Assembly (NCBI RefSeq): GCF_964194025.1 | Contig: NC_134474.1 | Coordinates: 54,250,001-54,314,000, forward strand | DNA from: Convolutriloba macropyga | Taxonomy: Eukaryota | DNA length: 64,000 nucleotides | Reading direction: 5' to 3' | In this document: positions 10,862 to 24,390 of the stretch, in pieces | How positions within the stretch are numbered: position 1 is the stretch's first letter | Layout: the number at the start of each line of letters is the position of its first letter | The notes under the pieces: generated by a model | What the model was told of the DNA's origin: nothing | Database searches by the model: none | The model's input: only the letters and a program-made list of their open reading frames with translations | Position numbers and translations under genes: made by a program

Positions 10862-13800
10862 TGTTTAGAGCATAACCAATATGAAACTATTTAATGAAAC
10901 TATTCAATAGGGCGATGCGTAGCTGATGACAGCGACGACTCTGCTTTTATACAGATTGAGCTTCGCACTAACTCTCAGCTTGGTGAAGACGTTCCTCCTA
11001 AGCAGATTGAGGGATCCGTATGCCTTGCCAGGCCTTCTCGATATGTTTTCTGACCATGACAGATTTGACGAAACTATGAGGCCCAAGGCCCGGTGACTAT
11101 TAATCGCGCCGTTTGACTCGTTGCAGAGCTTGTATTCGGGTTGCAGCCCCGAGACTATCAATATCTTGGTTTACTTGGGTGCAACTCCATTTTGTTGGCC
11201 AGTGACCAATTCTCCAGGTTTGCCAAGGATCGTTGAAGGGACGCACCGCTGGCTAAGAGCTTGCTGTCGTCTGCCATGAGGAACCATCACGAACAAATCA
11301 TTGATAGCTTCGGGAAGATCGTTTATGTACACCAAGAAGAAGAGCGGCGGTCCTAATCTACAGCCTTGGGGTACACCACTTTCTGATGACTTGGCATCGT
11401 CGATTTGAAAAACTGGTCTTCGATCATGTAAGTAGCTTTCGATTATTTTGAGCAATCGAGAACTGACTCCTAGAGCTTGAAGTTTTGCTACTAGAATGGA
11501 ATGATCCACTTTGTCGAAGGCTTTTTTCAGTTCTAAAGAGACAGCATGAATTGCCTTCGAGCTGTCCTTGCTCTCTGCGATTTTGTTCAGAGAGACCAGA
11601 AGCTGGAGTACAGATGATCTGCCTCCGCGAAATTCGAACACACTCGGAGATGTGGGGTTCAACAATTTCGAGTAGTTTGTTGTAAATGCATTTCACGAAA
11701 AATTTGCTGACACAAGATAACAAAGCAACAGGTAGTTAGCGACCTTGTCTTTGGCTCCTTTCGTGTGCAATGGCTTAATGCAAAAGAGTTTCCAGCATGA
11801 AGGGAATTTGTCGGTCTCTTTTGCTTTTCTGAAGATGGAGGACATGGAATTGGCTAACCCTTCCGCGCAAACTCCCAAGAAACATGGGGGAATGCCGTCA
11901 TAACCCGTTGCCTTAGTGATGTTGAGCTCTCTTAGTATTACGCATAGTTTCTCAGGACCTGTGTCAAAGTCACAAACGAGTGAATGTTGGAGGTTCTCAC
12001 TTTCGCATGTGCCTCTAGGGTTGTACACTGAGATGAAGTACTCATTGAACATGTTGGCTTTTTCTAGAGCTGTTCTGGCTTTCTGGTATGCTTATTTCAT
12101 TACAGGCGGTAGAACAAGTGCCCCTTTGACTCGCTTCAGATGTTTGAAGATTTTCTCTGTAGAACGTCCAGAAAAAAGATTGTCTTGATATTCAGATAGA
12201 TCCTCCTCAGACATGCGCTCCATATCAGGTTTCAGCTGCGCAAATTTGTATTTCAGATTTTCGGTTATTAAGCTTTTTTCAGCTCGGGTTTCTGCGGTTT
12301 TGAGCCTCCTGGTGACGTTGGAAATGGTTGCAGTAATCCATTGAGGCAGTGATGATCATTGTGCAATTTTTCTAGGAACAAATGTGTCCAATTTGGATTC
12401 TAACCATTCGTGCCAATGTTGAACCATCAGCGCAGGGTTTGTCCAGCAGTATGGAATGAATGGATCTTCTGTCAGTGCTTTTAGAATACCCTCTTTTTCC
12501 ATTTTCTTGAAATTAAAGAGGCATCTACTGTGTGATTCATTGGTGTCCTTCTGTGTGATTCATTGGACATCAAGGTGTGGATAAAGAGCGATTCGTGATC
12601 TGACATTGTCTGTCATCCAAGATTGGTGACGGATATGTGCTGACTGATACGATAAGTGATGGGCTATCTGATAAGCATACATCAAGAATGCGATCGTTTG
12701 TCTTGTTTAATTGAGTGAGATTGAAATCTAGAAAGATATCAACACACACTTGCTCACAAGAGTTGATTCTCGACATTTCGTCCCAGTTGACTGTTGATAA
12801 CTAATGTCCCCAGCAAGGATAATGAGAACCATGGGAAGCATAGAAGAAAGTGTGCTAAGAAGAGAACGAAAGAGGGCGGAGGGCCAGAGGTAATTTTAGT
12901 TGCGTGGAGGATTACAGACACAATGATTAATAAAAGAGGTTTCGCAGCCGCTGACGTTCTTGTTCTCAGGGAATGTAATTTCTTCGAAGTAAATTGAAGA
13001 GCAAAGTCCAATGAGAACTTCTCCATGTTGTCCATGATCTCTTTTGCTTCTAACCAAATGATAATCAGGTAAGAAAAGTTCCCCATCTTTAAAACTAATT
13101 TCAAGCCAGATTTCGCATAAACAAAGAATGTTAAATGTTTTCAGTGAAATACTGAAGGACCGGAGCGTTCTTATATTACCACCCACAAAAAGTGGTGACA
13201 AAAAATTATGATATCACAAATGAGATCACCCAACTCAAACTGGTGAACGAAAGACTGGATTATCAACGTCATAACGCATTTCGCTCCCTATAAACTTTGC
13301 TAAACATTTCGGCAAAGTGTCCCACACATAATTGTTCAGCAAACTGCAACAAGCTGATAGTCGCTTGATTAAAATGTGCGAAAAACCTCAAAAGTTGAAA
13401 ACATTGCATACGCCTCGGTTGCACAAAAATAGTGCAAACATCCACAACCACAGTATGAGTGGACTTCAGTTTGAGGGTGTTAACATACTGTTTCTATCAT
13501 CAGTAACGTAGGTGAGAAATTGGATCTGTTTTTGATACCATTTTGAAATTTATCAAGTTTTAATAGATTTTTGTTTCAGTGAAAGGCTCGATCATTAATC
13601 CAGTATCCAGGTTTAAAGACTAATGGAATATACAAGGCAGAAGAAAAAAGTGAAGTTTTAATGGTCTCACATAGTGTTCCAATGAATCAGTTTTGTTACT
13701 GCATTAATGACCTTCAAGATATATTTCAATATTTCCTGATAAAAAAATCAAACACAACTTGTAAAATGTCGTGATTATCTAGTCTTGAAGCGTTTAAAAT

Positions 13801-15718
13801 TATGAAACTCCAACAACAAACTTCAGTTTGCTCAAAGAACTGTTTCCTATCATTCTGGGATCCAACAGGATTTTAATTTGAATAACAAATCCCAGCCTAT
13901 ATATATTGGTGCTTTCCTCTCCACTTGTTAGTTATTTTTGTGACTGGGCCATCTTTACACTGTCTGGAGGGGAACAGCTTGGAGTGCAGCATCCGGCTAA
14001 GTGCTACTGATCATCCCTTATTTTCCGACCTACATCCATCGTTGCCGAATGGTGTACACGGTCATTTTTATATATTTAAAAAACAAAGAGAGTAGATAGA
14101 GTTATACAATTGAAGATTATGAAATCTGGGTCACCTGTCTACCTCTTTTTAAAAACAAGCCATCATCTGATGTGGATATCGAATTTCACAACAAAGCTGG
14201 AGCACAAATGTGAGCACGGATTCTGATTTTTAAATAAGACATTTTGAACGTACTTTACTAATAGAACGTGTAACATTATTCATTTGCCGACGAGTGGGGG
14301 AAAATACTGGATAGTCTTTGCAAAAAAAATCAAATTCGCCCCAGCTTCCACAAATGTCGCTGTGCCGTTTGCAGATGTTAAACGTATCTTAGAACAGTTG
14401 CTTTGAATCATATCTTTTTTTACCTCTACCTTCTGTAAAGGCCTTTTTTAGCACTGTCAAATATCTTTCAATGGTATATTTAAGTATTTAACTACTACTA
14501 CTGCCAAAATTGAAGACCAATAGAATTTCGTAGTAAATTGCTCTCTTAATAAACATACAAAAACTCACTCAAGAGTGCTTTTACACCTTTGGCTCTGGTA
14601 ACTAGGACTCAATGCCAGACACACGGTCATGGTTTAAAACAGTGTGCTGCAGTAATTTAAATCTAATAAACACTCCGAATTCCCAAAAAAATGCTATCAA
14701 ACAATAACAATGTGTGCAATGCGAATGCAGCGCGTCCCGATATGGTACACTCCAATACGTCTACTTTTTCTCAAAATTGTCGAAACACAGAGAATAATTT
14801 AGGACCTCGCCCGGCCGCTTAATGAACGCAAAGATCATTGGAAATAAAGGAACTATTGTTTGCAGACACAAAGCGTGACAAAATTGAACACCAAAAAATT
14901 CCAACTAGCGTTCAGCTTTTCAATAGCTGATTCTTGACACCATGAGATTCCTGAAACCCTGAGGCTTTGCAAAACAATATGAAGCGTGCAAGAGAAAGTT
15001 TATCTTTTCAGCCACTTTACTTACCTATTAGACCATTTGAGGAACCATTTCCTCCAAACAAAACTTTCTCTCTTGAAATAATACACTCTTAAAGAAACTG
15101 ACGTGAAAAAATTTAAAATACCAGACGCTAAACATTTGCTTTTCTACTGGCGACTCCTGGAATCTTTATGATAGGCGTATGACATCACCTTTAGATCAAC
15201 CAAAAGACTGAAAACAATAATAAAAATAATTTGAATTTACAACATGTTGAGGGGACTCTCGTCCCGAATTAAAAGTTTGAGTTTACAGTTTCGGCATCTG
15301 CAAGCAATTCTCCATGAACACAGGTTGTTTTCGCTAAAGTTTTCAGTGAAGTATCACCAGAATATTCGAAGTAACGATGGTTTCAGCCCAATAGGTCTTG
15401 TAATGTCAATAGATGGAAGAAATGATAATAGTCGATTTGTGCGAGCAAAAAATTCGTTGCGAGATGAGTCAAATCGTGGTTTTCTGCAACTTGGAATTTT
15501 TTTTTTTCTCGTCTGAGTCCATCCTTCAGAGATATGAAGTCCTCCCAACAGAGATCGTATGCTCCATTGCATTTCTTTGTCAAAGTGAGAACGTCCAGCA
15601 TTTCGAGGTAATGGAATAGGGAGCACCTCTATAAAGAGTAAGCACTCTTTGTAGTCACTAATGGTTGGCAGAATGGAGCAGTTCTAACTTCATGTCGCCT
15701 CTTGAAGCGTACCAATAG

Positions 15719-18700
15719 TAGTAGTAGTAGTAAAAGACGTAAATTCCAACAAGAGGAATACATAGTAAAAGAAAGACATGACAGTACAAATTAACAAAGC
15801 ACAGTAGCAAATTAAGATCTGCAGTCCACACAGCGACATTTAAGAAATTATGTACATGGCCGACAGTAATTAAAAGAATGTGTTTTGGCTATGAGAAAAT
15901 TATCTAAATTCTTACAAAAAATATTGAAAGATGACCTAAAGTCAATGAGGTTGATAGAAATTAAGTAATTGGCGAAGTGGATAGTTCGACTAAGAAAACA
16001 GTTGTCAGTTTGGATTTTTTTGTTCAACGGTTGTTCAAAAAAGGTTTTGACTGATCCTCGGGAGCTGAGTGTCGTACTATTGACATGTAGCTTTAAGTCA
16101 CTCTCCATTGTTTCATGCCAAGTTTACCATAGTAGAATAAGGTCAGCTCGCGCAATTTGATAGCAAATTGGATACAAATTTAGTTTTGAAAGTGTCTCGT
16201 TGTAATCCTCAGACCTAATAACCCAGCGCAACACTTTGCGCTGAAAGTTTTCTAACACTTTCAAAATACCAGTTGTAACACACCAAGCTTGGGAGCAGTA
16301 AAGTAGCACAGCTAAAATCATTGTTTGGTACAACGGTTTCTTGCGGAGAATAGAAACTTGAAACGGTATATTTCTTTTCAAAAAATTAAAAATTTTATTA
16401 CATTTCGCAAATTTCGTCTTAACATGTGTTGTCCAATAGAAATCTTCAGTAACTAGCATTCCCAAACCATAATCTCTCTAGTGAAAAGAATTTCCGCTTC
16501 TCCTAGAAATAAAGGAGATTGGCTGCGTTTAAAGTTCATCGCTTTACACTTTTTTGGATGAAATTCAAGTTGACTTTTGCGTGACCATTCATAAATACCA
16601 TTGATGTCAATTTGCAGACCTTCGAAACAATCAACGCATAGCAGCTTTAGGTCGTCGGCATATAAGTAAACTTGGGAGTTTTGCAAATGGTCAACAAGAT
16701 CGTTCATGTACAAGATAAACAGAAGTGGTCCATGGACACTTCCTTGTGGGACACCAGATGTTACAACGGAGGGCCTAGAAAAACAAGATCCTCGACGGAC
16801 AATTTGGTGTCGATCTTCGAGATAATCCGAAAAAAGATGAAGAAAAGCGTCGTCAAACCCAAATGCTGCCAGTTTTGTTAGTAATTTATGATGCGGAGCG
16901 GAATCAAAAGCCTTTTTGATATCAAAATAGACGCTAGCACAAGGAAAATTTTCGTCAGGATTGTTGTAAAGAACATCAAAATATGAAATAAGTTGAGTAG
17001 TTGTGCTGCGTTTCTTCATAAAACCGTGCTGAGCGTTTGTGACTAGCGGCCTAACTATCAGATACAAAAAATTGAACATTTTTTTAAAAACAATAGAAAG
17101 CTTTGGAAGCAAGCTGATCGGACGATAGTTTATAACGTCACTTGTTGAACCATTTTTGTGCAGTGGTGTGATATATGAAGTTTTCCACTCCTTAGGCCAA
17201 TGCGAGGACTTTTGAATATTTTGAAATAATTCCATAACTGCTGGGGCTAAAACTTGACAGCCATCACGAAGCAAGAAAGATGGTACTTGATCTGAGCCCA
17301 TGGAAGAACTGTCAACACATTTGCTCAATATTTTTTCAATTTCCAGAACTCCAAACGTAACATCTTGTAATTTAATACTCGAATCTAAAGCTGTTGGAAC
17401 ATTTTTGTGAATTTTACAACTATAGACAGAGCTAAAAAAATCATTGAATGCATTTGCCTTTTTATCGTCAGTTGAAAAACTGACACCGTCGTAATTCATC
17501 ACAGGCGGAAAAGCGCTAGTCTCTTTGAGATTCCTGAGTAGCTTGAAACAGTCATTCCTGCTCGTCAAATTACATTTCTCAATAAGAAGACTCGTGTCAA
17601 GTTCAATTGACTCTGAAAGCTCTGTCTGACTTTCCCTCATTTTCAATGAGTCCGATAGTGTCCAATCTTTTTCCAGCCTTCTCTTGATTGTCGCGCTTTT
17701 ATTTAACAAATGCATGGTTTGCGAAGAGTAGAAAAACGGAGCTGATACACGCTTTCGGCGTTTTTTAGCTATCGAAACCGGGAATGCATTTTTTCAGCTC
17801 ATAGTACCATAATGAAAAGAAATCAGAGGCTTTAATTTGGAAAGTTAGAAGTTCGTACAGCAAAAAAAGCTCTTGATTGAACGCTTGAATACTGAAAGAT
17901 GATTTCGAGTAAGTAGAGATGCGTATACTTCTGTAATTATTGATGAGTGGAACTTGGAAAATTATTGGAAAGTGATCTGAGAAATGCTCTTTTGGGAGAT
18001 GGAATGGAATTGACTCTAGAGAAGTGAAAATGAGATCTAGGCAGATCCCACGAATGTGCAGAGCCTCATTAATTATTTGATTTAGACCTAAGTCCGTGAA
18101 AAAATCCAATAAAACATTATCTGAAGAACTAGACGAGGAGAGACATGCCCAAGCTACCTTGGGCATGTTAAAATCACCTACAACATAGAGCTCGAAATTC
18201 GAATTCAGACCACGTTTAAGGCAGAATGTATTAAAATTGTTGATATAAAATGAAATCGATTCCATCAAAATATGATTGCTAAAGAAGAATTTCGAAGATG
18301 TTGGCGGTCTGTACACTACAATAAAGAAAACAGCTTTTTCTATTTTGACAACTGCACAAGCAGCTAAAAAGGGGTAACTGTCTTCTGATAAATCAAATAC
18401 TAGATGGGACATAGCAGACGATGCTGCTATTAAAACTCCGCCATGTCCATCTTTTTTTTCTGTCTAAGCGTGAAATAACAGTGTGTGATCCACCAGGAAA
18501 TATTTCAGAATCTGTAATCTGGTTATCGAGCAAAGTTTCTGTAAGCAATTTTAAGCTAATTTTTTCCACCTGCACTACTTTCAGCAATATTAATCGTTTT
18601 TCAAGACAATTGATAGATTGGCAATTTACAAGTAGACAATTAGCATTCGTTGTTAGTCAATTTACCGATTCATTCAAGTTCACCAGGTTTCCCTGATAGA

Positions 18701-19575
18701 AAAGTTGTAAATTTCTGATTCGAAAATCCTTTTTACTTTTGCCTTCACCGATCATCTGAAATCTATTTGACAGAATTCTCTTTTCCAATTCTCGATCGGA
18801 TTGCGTCAAGAACTTTTTGATATTCACTGGAATGCGAAAATTTTTTAGATAATGGCTGCGTGCAAAACAATTTTCCGTGAAATGTGGACTGTTTGTTGTA
18901 ATCAGAATTGGTCTAAAAAGGCGTCTTTCATTGTTAGCAGGGTTTTTGAACTTTCCAAGGCGTCTTGCTTGCACAATATTTCCGTCTGATTTTAGACCCA
19001 TAAAAGTGATAACCTCGTTAAGAAGCTTCCTGTCAGACTCTATAAGTTTGTTATAAGAATTTGCATTTTCGGGCAGACCGTTAATCAGAAACTGCATTGG
19101 CTCATTAGCCGTTTTGTGCCCCCTAAATTTCTTATTCGTTAGGACAGCATCACGAAAAGATGGCAAAATCTCGTTGAAAACTTTTTCGAAATTGTCCTTG
19201 ATATGATTAGGCAATGCTAGCTCAATAATTTTCGGTATTTCAGTACCGATTTTAGCAGACAAGGCAACAGCAACTTTGTCAGCAATTTTATTCTCATCTA
19301 AGGTCTTTGTCAACTTAGCTTCGGATGGGAAGAGCTGATCACTATCGCAGGTATCACAAATCCATTTGCAGTTTTTCCTTGCTCCAAGCCAGTCCACATC
19401 GTCAACCGATAGAGATACACATGGACCACGGAACCAAAGCTCACACTTCTCGCATGATATTGCCGATTTATCATTGTCTTTGATGTTCCATTTACACACA
19501 CTGCACTTGCAAGGGTTTGACTGTCGTGTCATTGTTTAGAGCATAACCAATATGAAACTATTTAATGAAACTATT
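15719..19575 (-). mobile_element. LINE A, unit 2 (extra frameshifts in the RT C-terminal region)
   Basis: TSD CAATAG at 15713-15718 / 19576-19581; ORFs 15848-17715, 17765-18412, 18657-19532. Confidence 0.95.
18657..19532 (-). CDS. LINE A ORF1 (PHD), unit 2
   Basis: 291 aa, near-identical to 9986-10861. Confidence 0.9.
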   Translation of the reverse strand: MTRQSNPCKCSVCKWNIKDNDKSAISCEKCELWFRGPCVSLSVDDVDWLGARKNCKWICDTCDSDQLFPSEAKLTKTLDENKIADKVAVALSAKIGTEIPKIIELALPNHIKDNFEKVFNEILPSFRDAVLTNKKFRGHKTANEPMQFLINGLPENANSYNKLIESDRKLLNEVITFMGLKSDGNIVQARRLGKFKNPANNERRLFRPILITTNSPHFTENCFARSHYLKNFRIPVNIKKFLTQSDRELEKRILSNRFQMIGEGKSKKDFRIRNLQLFYQGNLVNLNESVN

Positions 19576-22500
19576 CAATAGGGCGATGCGTAGCTGATGA
19601 CAGCGACGACTCTGCTTTTATACAGATTGAGCTTCGCACTAACACTCAGCTTGGTGAAGACGTTCCTCCTAAGCAGATTGAGGGATCCGTATGCCTTGCC
19701 AGGCCTTCTCGATATGTTTTCTGACCATGACAGATTTGACGAAACTATGAGGCCCAAGGCCCGGTGACTATTAATCGCGCCGTTTGACTCGTTGCAGAGC
19801 TTGTATTCGGGTTGCAGCCCCGAGAATATCAATATCTTGGTTTACTTGGGTGCAACTCCATTTTGTTGGCCAGTGACCAATTCTCCAGGTTTGCCAAGGA
19901 TCGTTGAAGGGACGCACCGCTGGCTAAGAGCTTGCTGTCGTCTGCCATGAGGAACCATCACGAACAAATCATTGATAGCTTCGGGAAGATCGTTTATGTA
20001 CACCAAGAAGAAGAGCGGCGGTCCTAATCTACAGCCTTGGGGTACACCACTTTCTGATGACTTGGCATCGTCGATTTGAAAAACTGGTCTTCGATCATGT
20101 AAGTAGCTTTCGATTATTTTGAGCAATCGAGAACTGACTCCTAGAGCTTGAAGTTTTGCTACTAGAATGGAATGATCCACTTTGTCGAAGGCTTTTTTCA
20201 GTTCTAAAGAGACAGCATGAATTGCCTTCGAGCTGTCCTTGCTCTCTGCGATTTTGTTCAGAGAGACCAGAAGCTGGAGTACAGATGATCTGCCTCCGCG
20301 AAATCCGAACACACTCGGAGATGTGGGGTTCAACAATTTCGAGTAGTTTGTTGTAAATGCATTTCACGAAAAATTTGCTGACACAAGATAACAAAGCAAC
20401 AGGTAGTTAGCGACCTTGTCTTTGGCTCCTTTCATGTGCAATGGCTTAATGCAAAAGAGTTTCCAGCATGAAGGGAATTTGTCGGTCTCTTTTGCTTTTC
20501 TGAAGATGGAGGACATGGAATTGGCTAACCCTTCCGCGCAAACTCCCAAGAAACATGGGGGAATGCCGTCATAACCCGTTGCCTTAGTGATGTTGAGCTC
20601 TCTTAGTATTACGCATAGTTTCTCAGGACCTGTGTCAAAGTCACAAACGAGTGAATGTTGGAGGTTCTCACTTTCGCATGTGCCTCTAGGGTTGTACACT
20701 GAGATGAAGTACTCATTGAACATGTTGGCTTTTTCTAGCGCTGTTCTGGCTTTCTGGTATGCTTATTTCATTACAAGCGGTAGATCAAGTGCCCCTTTGA
20801 CTCGCTTCAGATGTTTGAAGATTTTCTCTGTAGAACGTCCAGAAAAAAGATTGTCTTGATATTCAGATAGATCCTCCTCAGACATGCGCTCCATATCAGG
20901 TTTCAGCTGCGCAAATTTGTATTTCAGCTTTTCGGTTATTAAGCTTTTTTCAGCTCGGGTTTCCGCGGTTTTGAGCCTCCTGGTGACGTTGGAAATGGTT
21001 GCAGTAATCCATTGAGGCAGTGATGATCATTGTGCAATTTTTCTAGGAACAAATGTGTCCAATTTGGATTCTAACCATTCGTGCCAATGTTGAACCATCA
21101 GCGCAGGGTTTGTCCAGCAGTATGGAATGAATGGATCTTCTGTCAGTGCTTTTAGAATACCCTCTTTTTCCATTTTCTTGAAATTAAAGAGGCATCTACT
21201 GTGTGATTCATTGGTGTCCTTCTGTGTGATTCATTGGACATCAAGGTGTGGATAAAGAGCGATTCGTGATCTGACATTGTCTGTCATCCAAGATTGGTGA
21301 CGGATATGTGCTGACTGATACGATAAGTGATGGGCTATCTGATAAGCATACATCAAGAATGCGATCGTTTGTCTTGTTTAATTGAGTGAGATTGAAATCT
21401 AGAAAGATATCAACACACACTTGCTCACAAGAGTTGATTCTCGACATTTCGTCCCAGTTGACTGTTGATAACTAATGTCCCCAGCAAGGATAATGAGAAC
21501 CATGGGAAGCATAGAAGAAAGTGTGCTAAGAAGAGAACGAAAGAGGGCGGAGGGCCAGAGGTAATTTTAGTTGCGTGGAGGATTACAGACACAATGATTA
21601 ATAAAAGAGGTTTCGCAGCCGCTGACGTTCTTGTTCTCAGGGAATGTAATTTCTTCGAAGTAAATTGAAGAGCAAAGTCCAATGAGAACTCCTCCATGTT
21701 GTCCATGATCTCTTTTGCTTCTAACCAAATGATAATCAGGTAAGAAAAGTTCCCCATCTTTAAAACTAATTTCAAGCCAGATTTCGCATAAACAAAGAAT
21801 GTTAAATGTTTTCAGTGAAATACCGAAGGACCGGAGCGTTCTTATATTACCACCCACAAAAAGTGGTGACAAAAAATTATGATATCACAAATGAGATCAC
21901 CCAACTCAAACTGGTGAACGAAAGACTGGATTAACAACGTCATAACGCATTTCGCTCCCTATAAACTTTGCTAAACATTTCGGCAAAGTGTCCCACACAT
22001 AATTGTTCAGCAAACTGCAACAAGCTGATAGTCGCTTGATTAAAATGTGCGAAAAATCTCAAAAGTTGAAAACATTGCATACGCCTCGGTTGCACAAAAA
22101 TAGTGCAAACATCCACAACCACAGTATGAGTGGACTTCAGTTTGAGGGTGTTAACATACTGTTTCTATCATCAGTAACGTAGGTGAGAAATTGGATCTGT
22201 TTTTGATACCATTTTGAAATTTATCAAGTTTTAATAGATTTTTGTTTCAGTGAAAGGCTCGATCATTAATCCAGTATCCAGGTTTAAAGACTAATGGAAT
22301 ATACAAGGCAGAAGAAAAAAGTGAAGTTTTAATGGTCTCACATAGTGTTCCAATGAATCAGTTTTGTTACTGCATTAATGACCTTCAAGATATATTTCAA
22401 TATTTCCTGATAAAAAAATCAAACACAACTTGTAAAATGTCGTGATTATCTAGTCTTGAAGCGTTTAAAATTATGAAACTCCAACAACAAACTTCAGTTT

Positions 22501-24390
22501 GCTCAAAGAACTGTTTCCTATCATTCTGGGATCCAACAGGATTTTAATTTGAATAACAAATCCCAGCCTATATATATTGGTGCTTTCCTCTCCACTTGTT
22601 AGTTATTTTTGTGACTGGGCCATCTTTACACTGTCTGGAGGGGAACAGCTTGGAGTGCAGCATCCGGCTAAGTGCTACTGATCATCCCTTATTTTCCGAC
22701 CTACATCCATCGTTGCCGAATGGTGTACACGGTCATTTTTATATATTTAAAAAACAAAGAGAGTAGATAGAGTTATACGATTGAAGATTATGAAATCTGG
22801 GTCACCTGTCTACCTCTTTTTAAAAACAAGCCATCATCTGATGTGGATATCGAATTTCACAACAAAGCTGGAGCACAAATGTGAGCACGGATTCTGATTT
22901 TTAAATAAGACATTTTGAACGTACTTTACTAATAGAACGTGTAACATTATTCATTTGCCGACGAGTGGGGGAAAATACTGGATAGTCTTTGCAAAAAAAA
23001 TCAAATTCGCCCCAGCTTCCACAAATGTCGCTGTGCCGTTTGCAGATGTTAAACGTAACTTAGAACAGTTGCTTTGAATCATATCTTTTTTTAACTCTAC
23101 CTTCTGTAAAGGCCTTTTTTAGCACTGTCAAAAATCTTTCAATGGTATATTTAAGTATTTAACTACTACTACTGCCAAAATTGAAGACCAATAGAATTTC
23201 GTAGTAAATTGCTCTCTTAATAAACATACAAAAACTCACTCAAGAGTGCTTTTACACCTTTGGCTCTGGTAACTAGGACTCAATGCCAGACACACGGTCA
23301 TGGTTTAAAACAGTGTGCTGCAGTAATTTTAATCTAATAAACACTCCGAATTCCCAAAAAAATGCTATCAAACAGTAACAATGTGTGCAATGCGAATGCA
23401 GCGCGTCCCGATATGGTACACTCCAATACGTCTACTTTTTCTCAAAATTGTCGAAACACAGAGAATAATTTAGGACCTCGCCCGGCCGCTTAATGAACGC
23501 AAAGATCATTGGAAATAAAGGAACTATTGTTTGCAGACACAAAGCGTGACAAAATTGAACACCAAAAAATACCATCTAGCGTTCAGCTTTTCAATAGCTG
23601 ATTCTTGACACCATGAGATTCCTGAAACCCTGAGGCTTTGCAAAACAATATGAAGCGTGCAAGAGAAAGTTTATCTTTTCAGCCACTTTACTTACCTATT
23701 AGACCATTTGAGGAACCATTTCCTCCAAACAAAACTTTCTCTCTTGAAATAATACACTCTTAAAGAAACTGACGTGAAAAAATTTAAAATACCAGACGCT
23801 AAACATTTGCTTTTCTACTGGCGACTCCTGGAATCTTTATGATAGGCGTATGACATCACCTTTAGATCAACCAAAAGACTGAAAACAATAATAAAAATAA
23901 TTTGAATTTACAACATGTTGAGGGGACTCTCGTCCCGAATTAAAAGTTTGAGTTTACAGTTTCGGCATCTGCAAGCAATTCTCCATGAACACAGGTTGTT
24001 TTCGCTAAAGTTTTCAGTGAAGTATCACCAGAATATTCGAAGTAACGATGGTTTCAGCCCAATAGGTCTTGTAATGTCAATAGATGGAAGAAATGATAAT
24101 AGTCGATTTGTGCGAGCAAAAAATTCGTTGCGAGATGAGTCAAATCGTGGTTTTCTGCAACTTGGAATTTTTTTTTTTTCTCGTCTGAGTCCATCCTTCA
24201 GAGATATGAAGTCCTCCCAACAGAGATCGTATGCTCCATTGCATTTCTTTGTCAAAGTGAGAACGTCCAGCATTTCGAGGTAATGGAATAGGGAGCACCT
24301 CTATAAAGAGTAAGCACTCTTTGTAGTCACTAATGGCTGGCAGAATGGAGCAGTTCTAACTTCATGTCGCCTCTTGAAGCGTACCAATAG

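Larger units (their letters stand above)
7023..10904 (-). mobile_element. Apparently full-length CR1-like LINE 'A' nested in LINE B, unit 1; (TAC)n tail; 6-bp TSD CAATAG
   Basis: TSD at 7017-7022 and 10905-10910; tail at 7023-7060; ORF1 + ORF2; 43-nt 5' UTR. Confidence 0.95.
6515..13201 (-). mobile_element. Older degenerate CR1-like LINE 'B' (ORF2 only, ORF1 not seen), interrupted by LINE A; unit 1
   Basis: APE remnant (NILCLCEIWL, RILDVCL); RT remnant (KATGYDGIP, LKKAFDKVDH, SGVPQGCRLGP, YINDLP); reading ISYASPY|WYASRGD resumes beyond element A; C-terminus NLCSWRIACxCRNC; 3' hairpin GGGAC-N4-GTCCC at 6555-6568. Confidence 0.88.
15212..21872 (-). mobile_element. LINE B, unit 2 (interrupted by A)
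   Basis: Copy of the unit 1 features. Confidence 0.88.
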
